DNA from: Octopus sinensis
Lineage: Eukaryota
DNA length: 64,000 nt
NCBI RefSeq assembly: GCF_006345805.1
Contig: NC_043009.1
Location: forward strand, 20,708,001-20,772,000
Direction: 5' to 3'
Part shown: in pieces, positions 61,626 to 64,000 of the stretch
Position numbering within the stretch: position 1 is the first letter of the stretch
Layout: every line of letters starts with the position of its first letter
Program-made: the position numbers and the translations under genes
The notes under the pieces: model-generated
The model's database searches: none
What the model was told of the DNA's origin: nothing
What the model saw: the letters and a program-made list of their open reading frames with translations, nothing else

Positions 61626-63559
61626 CAAACCTGTGGTGCTCATGTTGGCATCATGACTAGTTGCTCTGCATTTTCAAACACCTGTGAAATATAAAAATCC
61701 CTTACCTGGAAAACAGGTAGAGATTGGCAAAAGAAAGAGCACCCAGCCATGAAATCCTACCTCAAAATCAACCCCCATCAAGTCATGTTAGCAGGGAAAA
61801 ATGGACATTGCACATGCAATGGTGTGAAATATAAACACACACACATGGCAAGTTTTGTACAGTTTCCATTGACCAAATTCTCTTACATGACATTGGTTTA
61901 ACCCAGGGTTTAAGTAGAACACATCCAAAATCCCACATGGTTGTACAACGAACTTAACCACACAGCCACGCATCTGCACTCAAGAAACACACACACACAC
62001 AAATATATTACATTTGGGCTTCCATACAATTTCTGTCAATCAATTCCTTTCACAAGGCATTGGTTGGAAAACTTGCCAAAGGTGCCAGACATAGAAATAG
62101 AATTCAAAAGAGAAGGAATGGTAAACTCCATACTTACAGTCATTACTGGTTTTGTTATTGGGCACGATGGGATTAGGAGCAGTAAACATTTTTATTCTAA
62201 TGTCTTCACTAAAGCTATGAGATTGACTTGAAACAACAAGGAATAGTTTGGTGTCTTGGAAGCATTGGAACATAAAATCCTTGGAAGGATTGGAAGTCAG
62301 AACATAAAAGACCATAAATACCACAAAATAATTATAGTCTGACCTCACCTTCGTTTTAAATGACTCCCCTTGAAGGACATTCCATATTTGACATAGAATT
62401 ACTATGGAAAAAAAACTAAAGTGATTTTATTTTACCTTAATTGATGTATTTTAATGAGATCAAGTCTGGTAAGCTAGACACAGACAAGTTGAGCACAATG
62501 GCCTGCACTCGTGACTTCATGGCTTTACGTTCTTTAGAAATGGTAATTGGTTCTTATTTATCGACTTCATAAAGATGAAAGGCAATCTTGAAGTCAGTAT
62601 GCTTAGGGATACTGCTTCTAATGAAAGAATGCCTAGAACAATTATTTCCAAACTAATACATTCCAAATTCAAATACAAGACATTTTTCCGAGAAAATCTA
62701 CAGATCCATGCATCTACCGCTCTCATAATAATATTCCCAAATTAAAAAAATTAGGGGAAGGGACGAGATATACACAACTTACAGTTGATCGACAGTTTTT
62801 ATTTTTTTTGTATTAATCTCAGATCGATGTAAAACCATGCAATACCGAACTTATATATCTGTCCCGTATGACTTTCAAAGCGGGATACTGGATAGAGTAA
62901 TACATCTCTGAAAGCCTGTCTGCAGAATAAGGTGAAATTCATTGGCAGTGGACACCAAAACTAAAAAGCTTACATTTCGTATTATTCAAATGCAATTAAA
63001 AGATTTGGAAGAATAGAAGAAAGTTCTCCGGTAATTTTCTTTCGAGTAAATAAATTTTTATGTTAACCTAAGAATTTGCCAGCAAAATCTTATAAAATGA
63101 CAATGTTTTTAAAGATGCACATGTTTATATGTTACAATATGAAAATAAGACATGTTGCAATTTAAATTACATGGAGAAACAAAAATATATTTGAGAAGTA
63201 GATTTACAGTGAAAGTTAAATAAATCACGGCCTTCTGTACTCAATGTTTTACAGGTATTTGTAGGTTAGTTTTCTTTGGTTTTCCCTACTGTGTCACAGT
63301 AGGATAATCCTAAACAACAGAACTAAGCACTTAATGAAATCAAACAAGTATGAACTAGGTCTAAACTTACGTCGTATCAGTAACAATGATAAAATATAAT
63401 ATATCATTTCTGCCATTTTTTCAAAACCTAAACATCAGTAGTTTGGAAAAATCCATTACTCAACCCCGAGTTTGTCAGGATTAGTCAAGTTTAACCTGAA
63501 CTCGTTTAATCGACCCCTGAGAAAACCATAGACATTGACTTCAACAGGATCTAAAGAGA

Positions 63560-63745
63560 CAAATTAAATATGACAAGATTTTATTATCCAGCTCATTCAT
63601 GCAATAATTTGTAATATAGGTACAAAGCCAGTAATTCTGAGAGTAGCTGGATGAAAGGTAAAGTTGACTTCGGCGAGAATTGAACTAAGAATGTAGAGCC
63701 AGAAGAATATAGTAAGGCATTTTGTCCAATTATCTAACGATTCTA
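63560..63745 (-). mobile_element. SINE fragment (GACTTTGCCTTTCATCC family)
   Basis: ggatgaaaggtaaagttgacttcggcgagaattgaact. Confidence 0.6.
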
Positions 63746-64000
63746 TCAATCTAGATAAAAAGTTATTTCACTTCATTTTATAAACGCTAAATCAAAGCAT
63801 TAAATCTTTTAATTAATTCTTTTAATTGCCCAAGAAATTACGCAAAGCAATTAAATTTTAATTATTGTGTTTAGTTACATAAAAATGTTTTCTGTAAGTT
63901 TCCTTTCCTTTTTGAAAACATAAGGGATTTGTTTGGACCCAGTATATAACAGATTTATTTTATCGATCCCAAGAGGATGAAAGATCATAGAGTTATCTTT

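Overview
Eukaryotic, AT-rich, repeat-dense genomic DNA. The repeat families and (TA/CA)n load suggest an octopus or other coleoid cephalopod (inference, not verified). Two convergent spliced genes were reconstructed by hand from GT-AG boundaries and codon phases. (1) Plus strand: the 3' six coding exons (3343-16934) of PAIP1, the MIF4G-domain poly(A)-binding-protein-interacting protein 1. (2) Minus strand: 19 coding exons (59655 down to 23925, about 899 codons) of an LDLR/VLDLR/lipophorin-receptor-type protein. It has 7 LDL-A repeats, EGF-A, EGF-B, a YWTD propeller, EGF-C, a long O-glycan stalk, a TM helix and an NFDNPVY tail; its signal-peptide exon was not securely found. Introns are patchworks of mariner/Tc1, piggyBac, MITEs, Helitrons, CR1 and RTE LINEs and SINEs. 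The 12.6-kb largest intron of the receptor holds a near-full-length CCCH-finger CR1-like LINE, a second CR1 and a 5-kb almost G-free (AY)n tract. No rRNA, tRNA gene, CRISPR or prokaryotic system is supported, and no clearly new biological system is demonstrated. The best leads are: the receptor's loss of all three pH-switch histidines; the (AY)n tract as an array of 5'-splice-site-like and Pumilio motifs; the possibly single-ORF CCCH-EN-RT LINE; and a non-autonomous Helitron ending in a perfect 32-bp palindrome.
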